From Albugo candida (taxonomy: Eukaryota): 64,000 nt of DNA. Under the pieces are notes generated by a model that made no database searches, had not been told where the DNA came from, and was given only the letters and a program-made list of their open reading frames with translations. The translations under genes were made by a program, and so were the position numbers. The number at the start of each line of letters is the position of its first letter. Positions within the stretch are counted from its first letter, which is position 1. Location: assembly GCA_040437565.1 (NCBI GenBank), contig JBDOQK010000060.1, positions 124,001-188,000 on the forward strand. Direction: 5' to 3'. This document shows positions 1-12,627 of the stretch, piece by piece.

Positions 1-2
1 TG

Positions 3-3000
3 ACTACTCTGTTGCTGGCTAATAATCACGACATGGATTTTGTGGAAGACCTCATTCAACTTCCTCATCTCCATGAACCGGGAATTTGTCACGCTCTACA
101 GAAACGGTTTGAGATCAATGAGATATACACATTCACAGGTGAGATATTACTTGCCATCAACCCGTTCCAAAATGTCGGCATTTACTCTGAAAAAATACGT
201 CGAAAATACATTCGAAATGGCGAAAAGCGCGCCTCCGGAGCTGATGTACCGGATATGCCTCCACATGTGTTTAGTATCGCTGACAAAGCGTATCGCAATG
301 TGTGTGCTCCAACGTTTGGTAAAGAGGGACTTGGCACAGAAAGTCAATCGATTCTCGTGAGTGGGGAGTCTGGTGCTGGAAAAACGGAATCAACGAAATT
401 TATCATGGAGTATTTGGCCACATTATCCAAATCTCAAAAGGGAAAGATGACCGAACAGGAGACCAGTGTCATCGAGAAGATTCTGTCCTCAAACCCGATC
501 TTGGAAGCATTTGGGAATGCTCGTACCATCCGAAATGATAACAGTTCGAGATTTGGAAAATTCATCAAGCTTCATTTCTCTGGCGCTGGCCAACTTATCG
601 GTGCATCGATCCAGACGTATCTTTTGGAGAAGGTTCGTCTGGCATATCAAGCAGAAACTGAACGCAATTATCACATTTTCTATGAGCTGCTGGCTGGAGC
701 CAGTGCCGAAGATAAGAAGCGTTGGTTTCTTCCATCCAAAACGAGTGAATTGCATTACTTGAATCAAAGTACTTGCACCAAACGGAGGGATGGAATTGAC
801 GATAAAACACAGTTTAACAATCTTAAAGCAGCAATGGACGTGATGGGCTTTTTACCGACTGAAATTGACGCTATATTTGGGACAATCGCCATGCTACTGC
901 ATCTGGGGAATCTGACATTTGATGAAGTCGTGAATGAGGAGTCTGGAATGGAAGGGTCCAAGATTCATGCGGACACAAAATCATTGCAATATGTATCCAA
1001 TTATTTCGAAGTCGATCGATTGGGATTGGAACAAGTGCTCTGTTTCCGTAAAATCCAAGCTAAAGATGAAACATATGTGATCAATCAGAGCGTGGAAGAC
1101 GCCGGAAACACACGAGACGCAATGGCACGATATATATACGGTCAGCTGTTTGACTGGCTCGTGGATCGCATCAACCGACGAGTAGAGTGTGAATCTGAAA
1201 CGGAAAAGCTTTTCATCGGCTTGCTGGATATTTTTGGATTCGAAGATTTGAGCCATAATTCTTTCGAGCAGCTTTGTATCAATTATGCTAATGAAAGACT
1301 CCAGCAACACTTTAATCGAACCGTTTTACGGCTTGAACAAGAAATGTATGAACGAGAAGCGATTGAATGGAGCTTTATCAACTTTCCTGACAACAGCGCG
1401 TGCATAGATCTCATTCAAGCGAAACCATGCGGTATTTTGAATATTTTGGATGAGGAATGTATAGTCCCCCAAGGAAATGATCAAAACTTTGCACGGAAAT
1501 TGTATCGTCAGCATGGTGAACAGCCTCATTTCACTGCCGATAATACCCACCAAGCCAGCCACTTATTTGTTATTCATCATTACGCAGCTCAAGTGGTATA
1601 TGATACATTTGGTTTTTGTGACAAGAACAAAGATGTGCTCTGCTCGGAACTCATCAATTTCATCAAGCGATCCACGAAGCCCTTTGTTGCAAGTTTGGTG
1701 ACAGTTTCCAATCGGAATAGAAATTTGGTTACCGCAAGAAGCAGAGGGATGCAGGATTCACGTCAAGCGGGTACCAATGGAATTGGGACAAATCGGTGTA
1801 GTTTAGGGACCCAATTTCGTAATCAGTTAAAAGAGCTGCTTGATACAATTGGAGCCACCAGCTGCCATTATGTGCGATGTCTCAAGCCAAACGACACCGC
1901 AACACCTTCCAAGTTCATTGCCAGACGTGTTTGCGATCAGCTACGTGCCGGAGGTGTGCTTGAAGCTGTTCGTGTGAATCGAGCCGGCTACCCTGTTCGA
2001 ATGCCGCATCAGCAATTTTTGAAGCGCTATCGAGCCCTTGCCACGGGAGCATACTTGCGTAAACTTTGTGAGTCAGAAACGGCTGGAAATGATTCAGACC
2101 CATCCAATTGTAAAGAAATGGCACAGTTACTTGTAACATTCCTTCTTCGAGCACAATCGGAGAAATATCGCCACATTTTGGCGGCCAGTGATGAGGAAGC
2201 ACAGGAAGCTGCTAGTGATCTCGCATGCGTATCTGGAATTCAGGTTGGCTTGACTCGTGTCTTCTTTCGTAGAGCAGCCATTCAATTCGTAGAAGCTCAG
2301 TTGGCAAAACGGTATGCCGAATTCATCGTCATTATCCAAGCAATGGTACGCGGATTTGTACAATATCATCGATATAGGCGTCAGAAAATTGCCTGTGTCC
2401 GTATACAAAGCGCTGTTCGAGGTTTCCTCGTCCGATATAGATCCATCGAGCGGGAAAAACGTCTTCGAGTGGAAGCTGATAGGATTAGTCAGCTTCAGAA
2501 GTTGAAAGATGAGACATCTTCGAACGATCCGAAGCCTATTCGCGAAAGACAGAGTTCAGACCCAATATCCGATGACTCCTCCGATGAAAGCTCTCGACCA
2601 ACCGCAATATCACTGAAAAATGCCGCAGAATTGAATGATCGTGGAACTTTGCGACTACGATTCACAAGAGATTACGTGTACGACGACGAAGGCTCTGGAC
2701 GCTTGACATTGGGTGATCGAACGCGGTCAGTCATAATGGATCCCGGAGATACGGTCTTGCATGTCGCCGCTAATTGCTGTAACGCTCACGACGTGTTGCG
2801 TCTACTACAAAATGGCTCTGATATCAATGCTCGTAATCGTCGTGGTCGAACACCGTTGCATACCGCTTCACTACACGACAACGTCCAAGTGGTCGGAATC
2901 CTGTTGGATTGGGATGCAGATGTATTAGCACAGGACGCCGATGGAAATACTCCACTTCATCTAGCAAGAGATTCAAAAGTTGCTTTGATGCTGTTGGAGG

Positions 3001-3941
3001 CCGGGTGTACACCCAATATCGTCAATGTCGAAGGTCGAACAACACTTATCGATGCTGTGGACCGTGGTGACCATCTAATCGTCGATGCTCTTCTGCAATT
3101 CAAAGCAGATGTCTTATTTCGAGAACTGAAACATCATCAAACAGCATTACATCTCGCGGTTCGTAAAGGCCACTACACAATAATTATGGCACTTTGCAAA
3201 TCCGATGATGCTAAAGAACTGATCCTTCTAACAGATCGCAATGAGAATAACGTTCTTCACTTTGCTGTATCGCGTGATCGTAAAAATGGCTATCGTTTGG
3301 TGGATTTCTTGATCAAACAAGGAGCTCAAGTCGACAAAGTTAACACGCGTTTTCAAACTCCTTTGGTTGTTCACGTGATCACAACTCGCCAAACGGATCC
3401 AGCTATAACCGAATTGTTCTTGTCTAAAGGATCGGATCCTAATGTGAGTTTAGCTGATGGCTCCACGCTGTTACATATCGCCGCAGAACGAGAACTCATT
3501 GATATCAGCTGTATGTTGCTTCAGTATGGTGCTCACTTGAATCAACCCGACAGTCGTGGGCGGTATGTATCGGACATAATCAATCGAAAATACCTCAAGA
3601 AACTGTATAATGCGATTACGAGCCCACCGAGCTGGATTGAGCCTTCCACACGGCGGACTTGCATGCTGTGTGATAACGCGTTCAAGTTTAGTAGTCGGCG
3701 TCATCATTGTCGCCATTGTGGTCGTGTTTGCTGTGGAGAGTGTAGTACGTTTACCGTGGAAGCAAGTCGTTTTCCAAAAGATTTTCCCGCTCGAAATTCG
3801 GCTGGAGGAAAAAATGGGAAGGATCCGCAACGTGTATGTCGGACTTGTCATGCCGTCTTCAAGATTCGATCGGCGCAGAGGGAGTCTAAATCAGGTTTCA
3901 TCGCGCGCGTGCTCGGATATGAATGGGAACAAGAAAGTTAG
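3..3941 (+). CDS. Unconventional myosin: motor domain, 2 IQ motifs, ankyrin repeats, C-terminal FYVE zinc finger (5' end lies upstream of the window)
   Basis: P-loop GESGAGKT, switch I NDNSSRFGK, switch II DIFGFE, IQAMVRG/IQSAVRG, ankyrin TPLH/TALHLA repeats, FYVE RRHHCRHCG...RVC. The frame is open from base 3, and the pseudogene copy near 34470 preserves further upstream sequence (VWLRDDEEDAWYCAVV). Confidence 0.97.
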   Translation, partial: TTLLLANNHDMDFVEDLIQLPHLHEPGICHALQKRFEINEIYTFTGEILLAINPFQNVGIYSEKIRRKYIRNGEKRASGADVPDMPPHVFSIADKAYRNVCAPTFGKEGLGTESQSILVSGESGAGKTESTKFIMEYLATLSKSQKGKMTEQETSVIEKILSSNPILEAFGNARTIRNDNSSRFGKFIKLHFSGAGQLIGASIQTYLLEKVRLAYQAETERNYHIFYELLAGASAEDKKRWFLPSKTSELHYLNQSTCTKRRDGIDDKTQFNNLKAAMDVMGFLPTEIDAIFGTIAMLLHLGNLTFDEVVNEESGMEGSKIHADTKSLQYVSNYFEVDRLGLEQVLCFRKIQAKDETYVINQSVEDAGNTRDAMARYIYGQLFDWLVDRINRRVECESETEKLFIGLLDIFGFEDLSHNSFEQLCINYANERLQQHFNRTVLRLEQEMYEREAIEWSFINFPDNSACIDLIQAKPCGILNILDEECIVPQGNDQNFARKLYRQHGEQPHFTADNTHQASHLFVIHHYAAQVVYDTFGFCDKNKDVLCSELINFIKRSTKPFVASLVTVSNRNRNLVTARSRGMQDSRQAGTNGIGTNRCSLGTQFRNQLKELLDTIGATSCHYVRCLKPNDTATPSKFIARRVCDQLRAGGVLEAVRVNRAGYPVRMPHQQFLKRYRALATGAYLRKLCESETAGNDSDPSNCKEMAQLLVTFLLRAQSEKYRHILAASDEEAQEAASDLACVSGIQVGLTRVFFRRAAIQFVEAQLAKRYAEFIVIIQAMVRGFVQYHRYRRQKIACVRIQSAVRGFLVRYRSIEREKRLRVEADRISQLQKLKDETSSNDPKPIRERQSSDPISDDSSDESSRPTAISLKNAAELNDRGTLRLRFTRDYVYDDEGSGRLTLGDRTRSVIMDPGDTVLHVAANCCNAHDVLRLLQNGSDINARNRRGRTPLHTASLHDNVQVVGILLDWDADVLAQDADGNTPLHLARDSKVALMLLEAGCTPNIVNVEGRTTLIDAVDRGDHLIVDALLQFKADVLFRELKHHQTALHLAVRKGHYTIIMALCKSDDAKELILLTDRNENNVLHFAVSRDRKNGYRLVDFLIKQGAQVDKVNTRFQTPLVVHVITTRQTDPAITELFLSKGSDPNVSLADGSTLLHIAAERELIDISCMLLQYGAHLNQPDSRGRYVSDIINRKYLKKLYNAITSPPSWIEPSTRRTCMLCDNAFKFSSRRHHCRHCGRVCCGECSTFTVEASRFPKDFPARNSAGGKNGKDPQRVCRTCHAVFKIRSAQRESKSGFIARVLGYEWEQES

Positions 3942-4099
3942 AATGTTGAAGTTGAAGTTGACGTTGAAGTTGAAGTGTACATCTTGATAATACCGGTATT
4001 ATAGCGTACCGACTTGATACATCGGTAGTGACAGCTTGCGATATTAGTTAGGGTCTTTTCCATGAGAACCTTTTTGAATCTCAAGTACATGAGCATACT

Positions 4100-5426
4100 A
4101 AAAGTGCATTAAACTTAAGCTGCTGATCGCATTGCTTACAAGGTGATGCGCTCTGTCCGATATCATCGCCTCGTTGACGATGTTATGAACTTGATGCAGT
4201 TCACCTTGCTGTTCATGACTTGAAAATTTACTAGCGCCACTCGCCATACAAAATTCAAGTGACAAGGAATGATTGTAAGCTGGCAGCAGTCAGTCAGATC
4301 TTATGCGAGGATCGTCGATCACTGCGAAGTACAGTTGAAACGCAGAGATTACACTCACCTCAGCCTCCGCGTGTTACCCTCNNNNNNNNNNNNNNNNNNN
4401 NNNNNNNNNNNNNNNNNNNNNNNNNNNNNNNNNNNNNNNNNNNNNNNNNNNNNNNNNNNNNNNNNNNNNNNNNNNNNNNNNTGATTGTAAGCTGGCAGCA
4501 GTCAGTCAGATCTTATGCGAGGATCGTCGATCACTGCGAAGTACAGTTGAAACGCAGAGATTACACTCACCTCAGCCTCCGCGTGTTACCCTCTATAGAT
4601 CCATGACGATAACCTCATAGCGAAGATTGAGCATGCATTCTGCCCTTCTTAAGTAAGGTTGAAGATATCGAAAGGGCTGAGTGAGAAGGATAAGTGTAGA
4701 CTAATCCACAAGCCTGCTCTGACGCGCGAGGTGCGAACTGGCATTTTGACGTCGTTATGGTAGTCGTCGCGCACCAACTTTTGGCGCTGCCAACTTGACA
4801 AGATTTTCTCACACAGCTGCAAATCAAACGATCCTGTAGTGCTGGAAATCGACACTTGCGCAAATATCAATCGATCGAACAAAATTGGCATTCAAGAGAG
4901 TATAAGAAAGATAAGCCACATTGACTTCAGGATCTGTGGTGACGACTCTGTGCTCGAGAAGACTCGGCAATGTTTAGCTTTAAGGACCAGAAAAGTCTCA
5001 ACCGACACCAAAAGACTCTCCAAAAGCATAAAATACCTCCAGGATACAACAAGTGCTACTGAAAAGACCGAATACATAAAATTAGAAAGCAGCAAATGCC
5101 ACAATGGAAGTTCTTATGTGATCATATTGGGCAAATCGACCAATCTATAGGTTAAAGGTCCACACTGGATATTTGGTTTGGGAAAGACACAAATGATGCT
5201 GTGCAGATGACTTCAATATTAGTGATAGCGCGTTGAAAGCAATGTATTACCTTTGAGGACGGCTTATGCTGTTGCTGTCACAGGTACTGAATGCCCATTT
5301 TCGTACACGAATTGATTAACCAGACGCCATTCCAGTCTTCGTAGGGATCGATTGCGCTGTATTCCCGTAATATCTGTTTAACGGGCTCTTTTTCTTAGCG
5401 TATTCTTCAAACTCCTATTGCACAAG
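4100..5426 (-). other. Possible spliced gene or gene remnant of unknown function
   Basis: Short minus-strand ORFs with GT-AG-like boundaries. A diverged homologous segment follows the myosin pseudogene at ~60950-61700. No recognisable domain. Confidence 0.25.
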
Positions 5427-5567
5427 NNNNNNNNNNNNNNNNNNNNNNNNNNNNNNNNNNNNNNNNNNNNNNNNNNNNNNNNNNNNNNNNNNNNNNNNNN
5501 NNNNNNNNNNNNNNNNNNNNNNNNNNTTTATGTCGACCGTTTTTGAGTGACAGCAAGTAATACCGGT

Positions 5568-7019
5568 ATGGTCGGTTTTAGGATCCTGCAAAATGCAAAG
5601 CGCATGCGAAATGCGGCAAAGCTTGCGACTACTTGCCGATTTTCAATTATACGGCATTCGAAAAGCCGTATCATACATCTGTATCGATCCTGGGACACAC
5701 AATACCACTTCAAAAGCACAAGAAATTCATCGGAAAGTGACGCAATCGCTGCGTGGGAACGTGGAAAAGAATGCCTGGACGCTGATCCCGATAAAAACCA
5801 AGCCGTCAAGTACCTTCGAATCGCAGCAAAAAGTGGTATTGCTGACGCTCAGTACCAATTAGGCGATCTCCTTTTACAAAGTAAGGAGAACCCGTCAAAT
5901 GGTCCCACGGAAGAGCTTTTACACGATGCGGAAACCGAACGCTCACAATTACAAAACAACAACCCAAAAGATATTCGCCTTATACGCAAAAAAGCTCGCT
6001 TGATGCATCAAAAATTCCAAAGCGAAAGCAAAACCATTCAATTCAATGTTAAACACGTCAGAAAAAAAGATTTGGATGATGTTTTCGGGGTCACAATGCA
6101 AAAACTTTTGGATCCCATATCCATTGTATCCAATTTGGATGGCTGTAGAGACGCAGACGTCGAGGGGGTATATTGGATTCGAAATGCAGCCGATCAGAAT
6201 TTGATTACTGCTCAAGTTCGAATGGGAAATATTTGCGTCTCTCAGGATACTCCGCTGCCAAAATTCGCTTTGGAGTGGTATGAAGCCGCTATGAAGCAAA
6301 ACATTTATGGGGAAACGCTAGCAAAGAAATTGAGGGGGGACGCGGCCTACAACATTGGAATGCTCCTTTACGACGGCGTAAGTACTTCTGACCCTCCACT
6401 TCCTCAAAACCGAGCTTTGTCCGTACGGTACTTTGTTAAAGCCGCCGAGTTGGACGATATTGCAGCTCAGTTTTTCGTTGGAACGTTGCTGTTTCACGGC
6501 TCAGAAGAGTGTCATGTTGCAGCGAATACTCTCAGCGCTTTGATGATGATTGAAACTGCAGCGGATAAAGGGCATACCGGCGCAATGTTCTTCTTGGCTC
6601 AATTATACCGCTCTGGCGACATTGAAAGAAACATTCCAGTCGATACGCACAAGTTTCGGTATTATTTGGATGCAGCAGTCGATCGAAAAGATCCTGATGC
6701 TCTTTTCTGCTTGGCTGATATGTACTACCATGGAATTGATGAAGAAAAGGATCTCGACGCTGCGCAACGATTGTACAGAGAAGCTGCCATCGCTGGAAGT
6801 GTCGATGCATTTTGTTGTTTGGGATCTATTTTCTATCATGGAGACGGGGTCGAGCAAGATTATCATGCTGCATTTCAGTACTATCAGCAAGCTGCGGATC
6901 GTAATTCGCGTCAAGCCTGGAAAAATCTCGCCGAAATGCATTTTTTTGGGCGAGGCGTTCCAGAGAATCCAGAATTGGCAAATTCTATCCTGAAAATGCT
7001 CAGAAACTCGGAATCGTAA
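5568..7019 (+). CDS. Sel1-like repeat (SLR) protein
   Basis: Single ORF (first ATG at 5568) with repeated Sel1 consensus units: AQYQLGDL, AAYNIGMLLYDG, ALFCLADMYYHG, AFCCLGSIFYHGDGVEQDYHAAFQYYQQAA, AWKNLAEMHFFGRGV. Confidence 0.92.
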   Translation: MVGFRILQNAKRMRNAAKLATTCRFSIIRHSKSRIIHLYRSWDTQYHFKSTRNSSESDAIAAWERGKECLDADPDKNQAVKYLRIAAKSGIADAQYQLGDLLLQSKENPSNGPTEELLHDAETERSQLQNNNPKDIRLIRKKARLMHQKFQSESKTIQFNVKHVRKKDLDDVFGVTMQKLLDPISIVSNLDGCRDADVEGVYWIRNAADQNLITAQVRMGNICVSQDTPLPKFALEWYEAAMKQNIYGETLAKKLRGDAAYNIGMLLYDGVSTSDPPLPQNRALSVRYFVKAAELDDIAAQFFVGTLLFHGSEECHVAANTLSALMMIETAADKGHTGAMFFLAQLYRSGDIERNIPVDTHKFRYYLDAAVDRKDPDALFCLADMYYHGIDEEKDLDAAQRLYREAAIAGSVDAFCCLGSIFYHGDGVEQDYHAAFQYYQQAADRNSRQAWKNLAEMHFFGRGVPENPELANSILKMLRNSES

Positions 7020-7035
7020 CGAATGAATCATCATT

Positions 7036-8932
7036 TTATTGAACGCATTGATAACTCATTGTGTCATCTGCAAAGACCTTGACCGTCGAAACCGGGAATT
7101 TGTCTGGATTCGAAGGCTGTGTAGCGATCGGATCATCTGATGATTTCTCAGTTGTTTCGGGTTGAAAGCTTGTTGTCTCTCGCACAGGAGGTTCCACGAT
7201 CGATTCGCTTTGCACGCTGACTACTGGCGTTTGTTCATGCGCGCTATCAAGTACTTCCTCGATGATGGAATCAGACGTCACATTGCTATCTATTTCATGA
7301 TGCACTGTATGAACAAGTCGTTAGCGATTAGCCTCTCCAAGGAAGACACGTACAAAAAACATCAGTAGCGGCTTGAGCATTCGTATCGAGTTCCACAAAC
7401 CCCACAGACGTTCCGGTACTACTGAGACATGAAGAAGGAAGTCGATGTAATACTCCATGAGCGACTTCTGCACCCAAAACGCCCTGCCCATTCCATTCTT
7501 TTGAAGGTTTTAAGTGAACGATACGTATCTCGTCGTCTTCACAGCTTGAAAGTACGTCAATCCGAGGGTCTCGATCCCCTTAAGCACGTACTTGTACACA
7601 AAGCAAGGGAAGNNNNNNNNNNNNNNNNNNNNNNNNNNNNNNNNNNNNNNNNNNNNNNNNNNNNNNNNNNNNNNNNNNNNNNNNNNNNNNNNNNNNNNNN
7701 NNNNNNNNNNNNGTTCCACGATCGATTCGCTTTGCACGCTGACTACTGGCGTTTGTTCATGCGCGCTATCAAGTACTTCCTCGATGATGGAATCAGACGT
7801 CACATTGCTATCTATTTCATGATGCACTGTATGAACAAGTCGTTAGCGATTAGCCTCTCCAAGGAAGACACGTACAAAAAACATCAGTAGCGGCTTGAGC
7901 ATTCGTATCGAGTTCCACAAACCCCACAGACGTTCCGGTACTACTGAGACATGAAGAAGGAAGTCGATGTAATACTCCATGAGCGACTTCTGCACCCAAA
8001 ACGCCCTGCCCATTCCATTCTTTTGAAGGTTTTAAGTGAACGATACGTATCTCGTCGTCTTCACAGCTTGAAAGTACGTCAATCCGAGGGTCTCGATCCC
8101 CTTAAGCACGTACTTGTACACAAAGCAAGGGAAGGAGGCTTCCAAGTGAAATGAAACATGTTGATACAAATCGTCCAAATCTGAGGCCGAGAAGATTACC
8201 GGTAACGTTTGACGGAGAAAGAGGCCTTCCTACCTCGAAATACTATCTCAGGGGTGCCCAGCAGATAGTCGGAACCGGATCGTAGGCCAGCTACAGCTGC
8301 AGGCGAGCCAGGTAGTACTTTCTGGTTCAAGTCGAGAAACAAAAGTTCAAGTTGCGATATTTTTGGGAATGCACTTGCATATAAGGATCTCACCGTAACG
8401 TGCAGAAGATGATTCTCTGCATCCTGGAAACAGTCGAATCGAATGGTTACGCCCAATAGTCCTTTTCCCGGCCATTTTCTTGAGGGCGTGAGCTGCACCT
8501 CTGGTGTACCAAAGTCATGCAAGTCTGCACCACTAACAGATAGTAGTACCTCTGGTTGTTCTTGATTTCGCATTGAATAAGCGCAAGTCCATAACGCGTT
8601 CTTCATTTCCAGCAATGAGTTCCATCAATATCGAGTCTTTAGTGTCCTACATGAGACTCAGGGAACATAAGTTTGTACAGGTTATGCGTCATTTCTTGTG
8701 GGCGCACCAAGCGTATGCCATTGGCCTCGATTATAAAGTCAAAGAAGGAGACAAAACCAACTTTTGATGCGGGCGATTCTTCCTGAACTCCCAACACACG
8801 AAATCCAACATTAAAGGAGAGATTTGTGTCACTTGACGTTTTATTATTGAGGAGCGTCTCTTCTTCTGGTGCAGCACCGGAGTCTGTATAGCGTACATTT
8901 CCAGTGACTGTCGATGACTCGGTCGTTCCCAT
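7036..8932 (-). CDS. GRASP: Golgi reassembly-stacking protein (GRASP55/65 family), multi-exon
   Basis: N-terminal MGTTES myristoylation-type motif. PDZ-like segments GFRVLGVQEESPA..FFDFII, LTPSRKWPGKGLLGVTIRF and VLPGSPAAVAGL..SDYLLG lie in different frames separated by short introns. Acidic S/P-rich tail. Contains an artefactual duplication around the N gap. Confidence 0.9.
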
Positions 8933-9749
8933 TACAGCACGGTTCCCGCTAACGCGAGCAACGGTATAAGAAATAAAGGAACATCAACGATCAGGGTATA
9001 TTAAAGATAAGGTGTTCTCAGATTTCTTAGATTTCTACAAGCCAAATGAAGGGCAATTTCAGTAGAACGAAAGTTAATAAAAAGAATTATTCTTCATTGA
9101 ACTTGTTATAAACGCAAAATCAGATAAGAAGCATACTTTTGCTCATGGCTTCCAAAGAAACTCATACAAGAGGTGTCAGAAATATATCAGCTCATCATCA
9201 CTTTTTTCGTTTGCTACAAACTATGTCGAATGCTGGATGCTTTCTCAGAAATCAACAGCCAAAAATTTTCGTCCTTATAGTTCTGACGGTAATTCCAATA
9301 TATGTTCATCACTGAAAGCAAGAGTAATTATGACTGAAGCCAAGTCCAATGATTGAATCGATAATATCGAAGGCTCGGTTTGGCTGGTTGATTAACCGGC
9401 AACCCTGCGGTTTGAATACGTCATGTAATGGATATCACAGATGCTGCAATTCAGCGTTCCTATTGGTCAAATCTCTTATGTGTGGTGGAATGCACCTCTA
9501 AGATGTAGTGGTAATCAGATAGAAGGTGTCAATATATATTTGTAATTCCGAGTTTCAGTCTTCAATTGCTCTTGTCACCTTATTTAGTTGGCCTCAATAT
9601 CACTCGATCTGTAAACTACATGCTGGGACCTTAAGTCCCTTGAGAGTGGTTAAGAATTTTTCCTGTTTACATGTGCAGTCGTTGCCAAGCAGTTTAGGCG
9701 CTGAAAGTGTTTTGCTTCTTGGAGACGTAAATAGGACTTAAGAATTGAT

Positions 9750-11330
9750 ATCACACGTTTATACTTTCATTATTTACAACAATATCGATAGTTTATGTGT
9801 ACTCTGTCATCTCGTTCACATCCACTGCTTGACCATGTCTCGAGTCTTCGGTAATAGCGCTTCCATAGCTCTTGCGGCGTTTTGGAAAATGGTTTGTTAT
9901 CGTATGCTTCACTGCGCTTACATTACAATCCAAGCGAGAGAATGGTATATAACGCCGTGAGATATGCGTTCACGCGCTCTTGAGATCATTATCCAAACTG
10001 GTGGACATCCCACGTGATGGAAAGAAGCTGTCATGAGGTCTAACTATGTGGTGGGCGTTTGTGAAATCAGCGAGATCGGTTTATTGCCAGTACTTATCGA
10101 TAGATGAACGATGTGGACTGATACAGAAGCCACATGTGAGTGTTATGCTTACTTGAAAATTTGGCAATACATTCTTTAATAGATGTCGATAGCATCGTAT
10201 TATCGCAAACGTATTGTATTTCAAATCGCATTCCCTCACAGATATTTCGATGTTGAATGTATGTGTTGTTGAATCGAAAGACTTGCTGAATGTATAGGTG
10301 CATTTGGAAGAGGACATAAGTGATGTCGATGTAGGCGTTCGTATGTACAACGTATTCGAATATTCCGTTATGAGACTTTAAGCTTTTGGTCAGATTACAA
10401 AATGAATTCGGAGATGGTGCCTTGAGACGCTGAGTTAGAAAGATCAAAGCCGGACGAGCTCGTTGAGGTCGGGCAACAACTCAGTAGCTGTGCTCGACGT
10501 CTCAATAACGGCAATGAGGCTTTTCTTCGCGTCGCTCAATTCCGTATGGTGTCCACCACCAAATGTATGTATGAGTCTGGTCTTGGAGTGCTCCTATGCA
10601 GCTATGCCAAAATGAGACTGAACCATAATCGAATGAAATCGCTACTATCAAAAAAGAATACGATCAACAAACATTGCTGAATCGGCATCGTATATCGTGG
10701 ACGTGGGGTAGAGCGTTATCGAATCCTCAGACTGTGATGAATACATGAATTATGAAAGCTTCTTATCGTGATGGGCAGAAATTACGAGTTGGTGTCGCTC
10801 GGATTAGTAGGAAGGCAATTTATTGCGTGGACACTTTAAAGCAATCTTGTAGCCCAATTCTTTCAGACCACGTGGAGTTCTTTAAATCGATGTGCGGAAT
10901 TTCTTGATGTAATTAGTCGATGTAATTGGACCGATTTCGAAATATCATGTGCATTATAGAATGCCGTACCTCGTGGACGCGTACGAGAAGGTAATTCGCG
11001 TCAGTGATCACTTATGGTGAAGACGACAGTGCGCTGTCTGATACTATGCATTGCGGAACTTGAATACGAACCTGACACGCACGGATCCCATACGAATAGA
11101 AGGTGGAACCACCATATTCATGCAAGAAGTTGATGGGGTGTACCTTCGTGCCGTAGTGCTTTTTGATAACTACAAAGGAGACAATTGCGCTCCTTTCTTT
11201 ACGTTCAAAAGTATGTTGTGAGAAGAAGCGCTTTGAGATGTACAGAACTGTACCACAAAAGAGCTCTTGGTATTTTGTCGACAATGAAAGATTGGGCGTG
11301 TGAAATGATATCTGAATGCATGTAAGGTAT
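9750..11330 (+). pseudogene. Family B remnant (B1), convergent with A1
   Basis: 11225-11266 is the reverse complement of the conserved B segment at 19406, 31631 and 49632. There are further patchy matches at ~9790 and ~10615. No long ORF; boundaries approximate. Confidence 0.5.
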
Positions 11331-11380
11331 TATCTGTCTTAGAATCGATCTATCTTGTGATCCTGAGATTCATTCATGTG

Positions 11381-12482
11381 CTAGAGCTTTTCCACAGACT
11401 GCATATGGCGTACGCCTGGCGAGTTCCACATGAACCTATCTCTCTCATTGCTACCCTCTTCCTCTAATACTGCTCTTTGTCTTTTGATGTCTCTCATCGA
11501 TTCGCTTTCGTGTGCAATCTCCTCTTTTTGTAGTGCCCTTCTCCTCCGCGCTTCCTTCATAACGGACATATTTGTACTTCGTCTCTTCACTCGTTGTATC
11601 GATGATGGTGCGAAACATCTTTATACACTCAGGGCTCAGCACCCAAGCGTCACTTTCGCTAAGTAGGAAGTCCACCACTACCATTGAAAATAAAAAGTAT
11701 CCTCTTTCACTGTAATGCTGTCCAGGTGCTTCTAGCCTGGTAATGCGATCTCCATTGGTTTAATACAGATTCCGCTATCCAATTCTGTTTTCCCAATTTC
11801 CTTAATTCGCTGGAGCGTATCCTCCATAGCGTAACCTATGATAAAAAATTCCTCTTTGCTTTTTCCATAAGGTCCTTTGGGGATTCTGATAGCGTCGTCG
11901 TGGAAACGAATCGTCACTTTTTGGTCATGAAACAATTGGTCACCTAAGGTAATTGTAGGAAAGCGATATTCGGTCTCAGGTTTCAAATCGCTATTTTCAA
12001 TAGTGGTCACTGACATATCTAAAACTTAAAGTGTTGGCATTGAAGATTCTCTCTGTCCGAGGCTAAGGAGGATATATTCCAACAATCTGGTATACCCTTC
12101 TCAGAAATATCCTTCAGATAATTCGTTTCTTTCCTTCGTGTTGATTGATAGTCATGGACCCTCTTCATCTCATCGAGTATCCACGAATCACTACTAGGTG
12201 AATTATTTTGTACTTGTACGGATTCAGCTTGCGCTTTTCACCTTTGATTTTCGTGTCAGGAAAGCAGCGATTGAAAATAGAAGTAGCGGTTTCGAGATTA
12301 TTAATAGAAAATGCCATCAGATGTTCACCCACTTTCGACTCTGCTATCTGCACCATCAGTCCCCGCTGGTTTCTATTTCCACCATCAACCAATGTAATGA
12401 ATATCGCACCGACGTGACAATAACACGTTAACGAGACGGCAAACAGGATGCTGAGGTAAGTTTTTCGTTGAAAATTGTTCAT
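11381..12482 (-). pseudogene. Family A copy A1 (frameshifted putative secreted pepsin-fold-like protein)
   Basis: Fragments in several frames match A3/A5: signal-like MNNFQRKTYLSILFAVSL, LMAFSIN..RCFP, IPDCWNISSL, FPTITLG..DQK..IRIPKGPY, SDAWVL..RTIIDT. Confidence 0.8.
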
Positions 12483-12627
12483 CGTGTTGACAGTCGATCA
12501 ATTATTGGATTATGACGTAAGATTATGATGATTTATGGGACAATTACCAGCCACAAGTGTGAAATTTTTGCTCCCATCGTGAGATGAGTTTTGCCCAAGT
12601 GGGAAAGTGGTCACATAGAAAGGTTGG

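Noticed and set aside
3944-3975. (GTTGAA)n microsatellite after the myosin stop codon
   Set aside because: Short simple repeat with no spacers; not CRISPR-like and no evident function.
4270-4593. Exact 112 bp direct repeat (4270-4381 / 4482-4593)
   Set aside because: Identical copies directly flank a 100-N gap: an unmerged contig overlap, not biology.
7191-8134. Exact 422 bp duplication inside GRASP
   Set aside because: Flanks an N gap; assembly artefact. The plus-strand ORFs here are antisense shadows.
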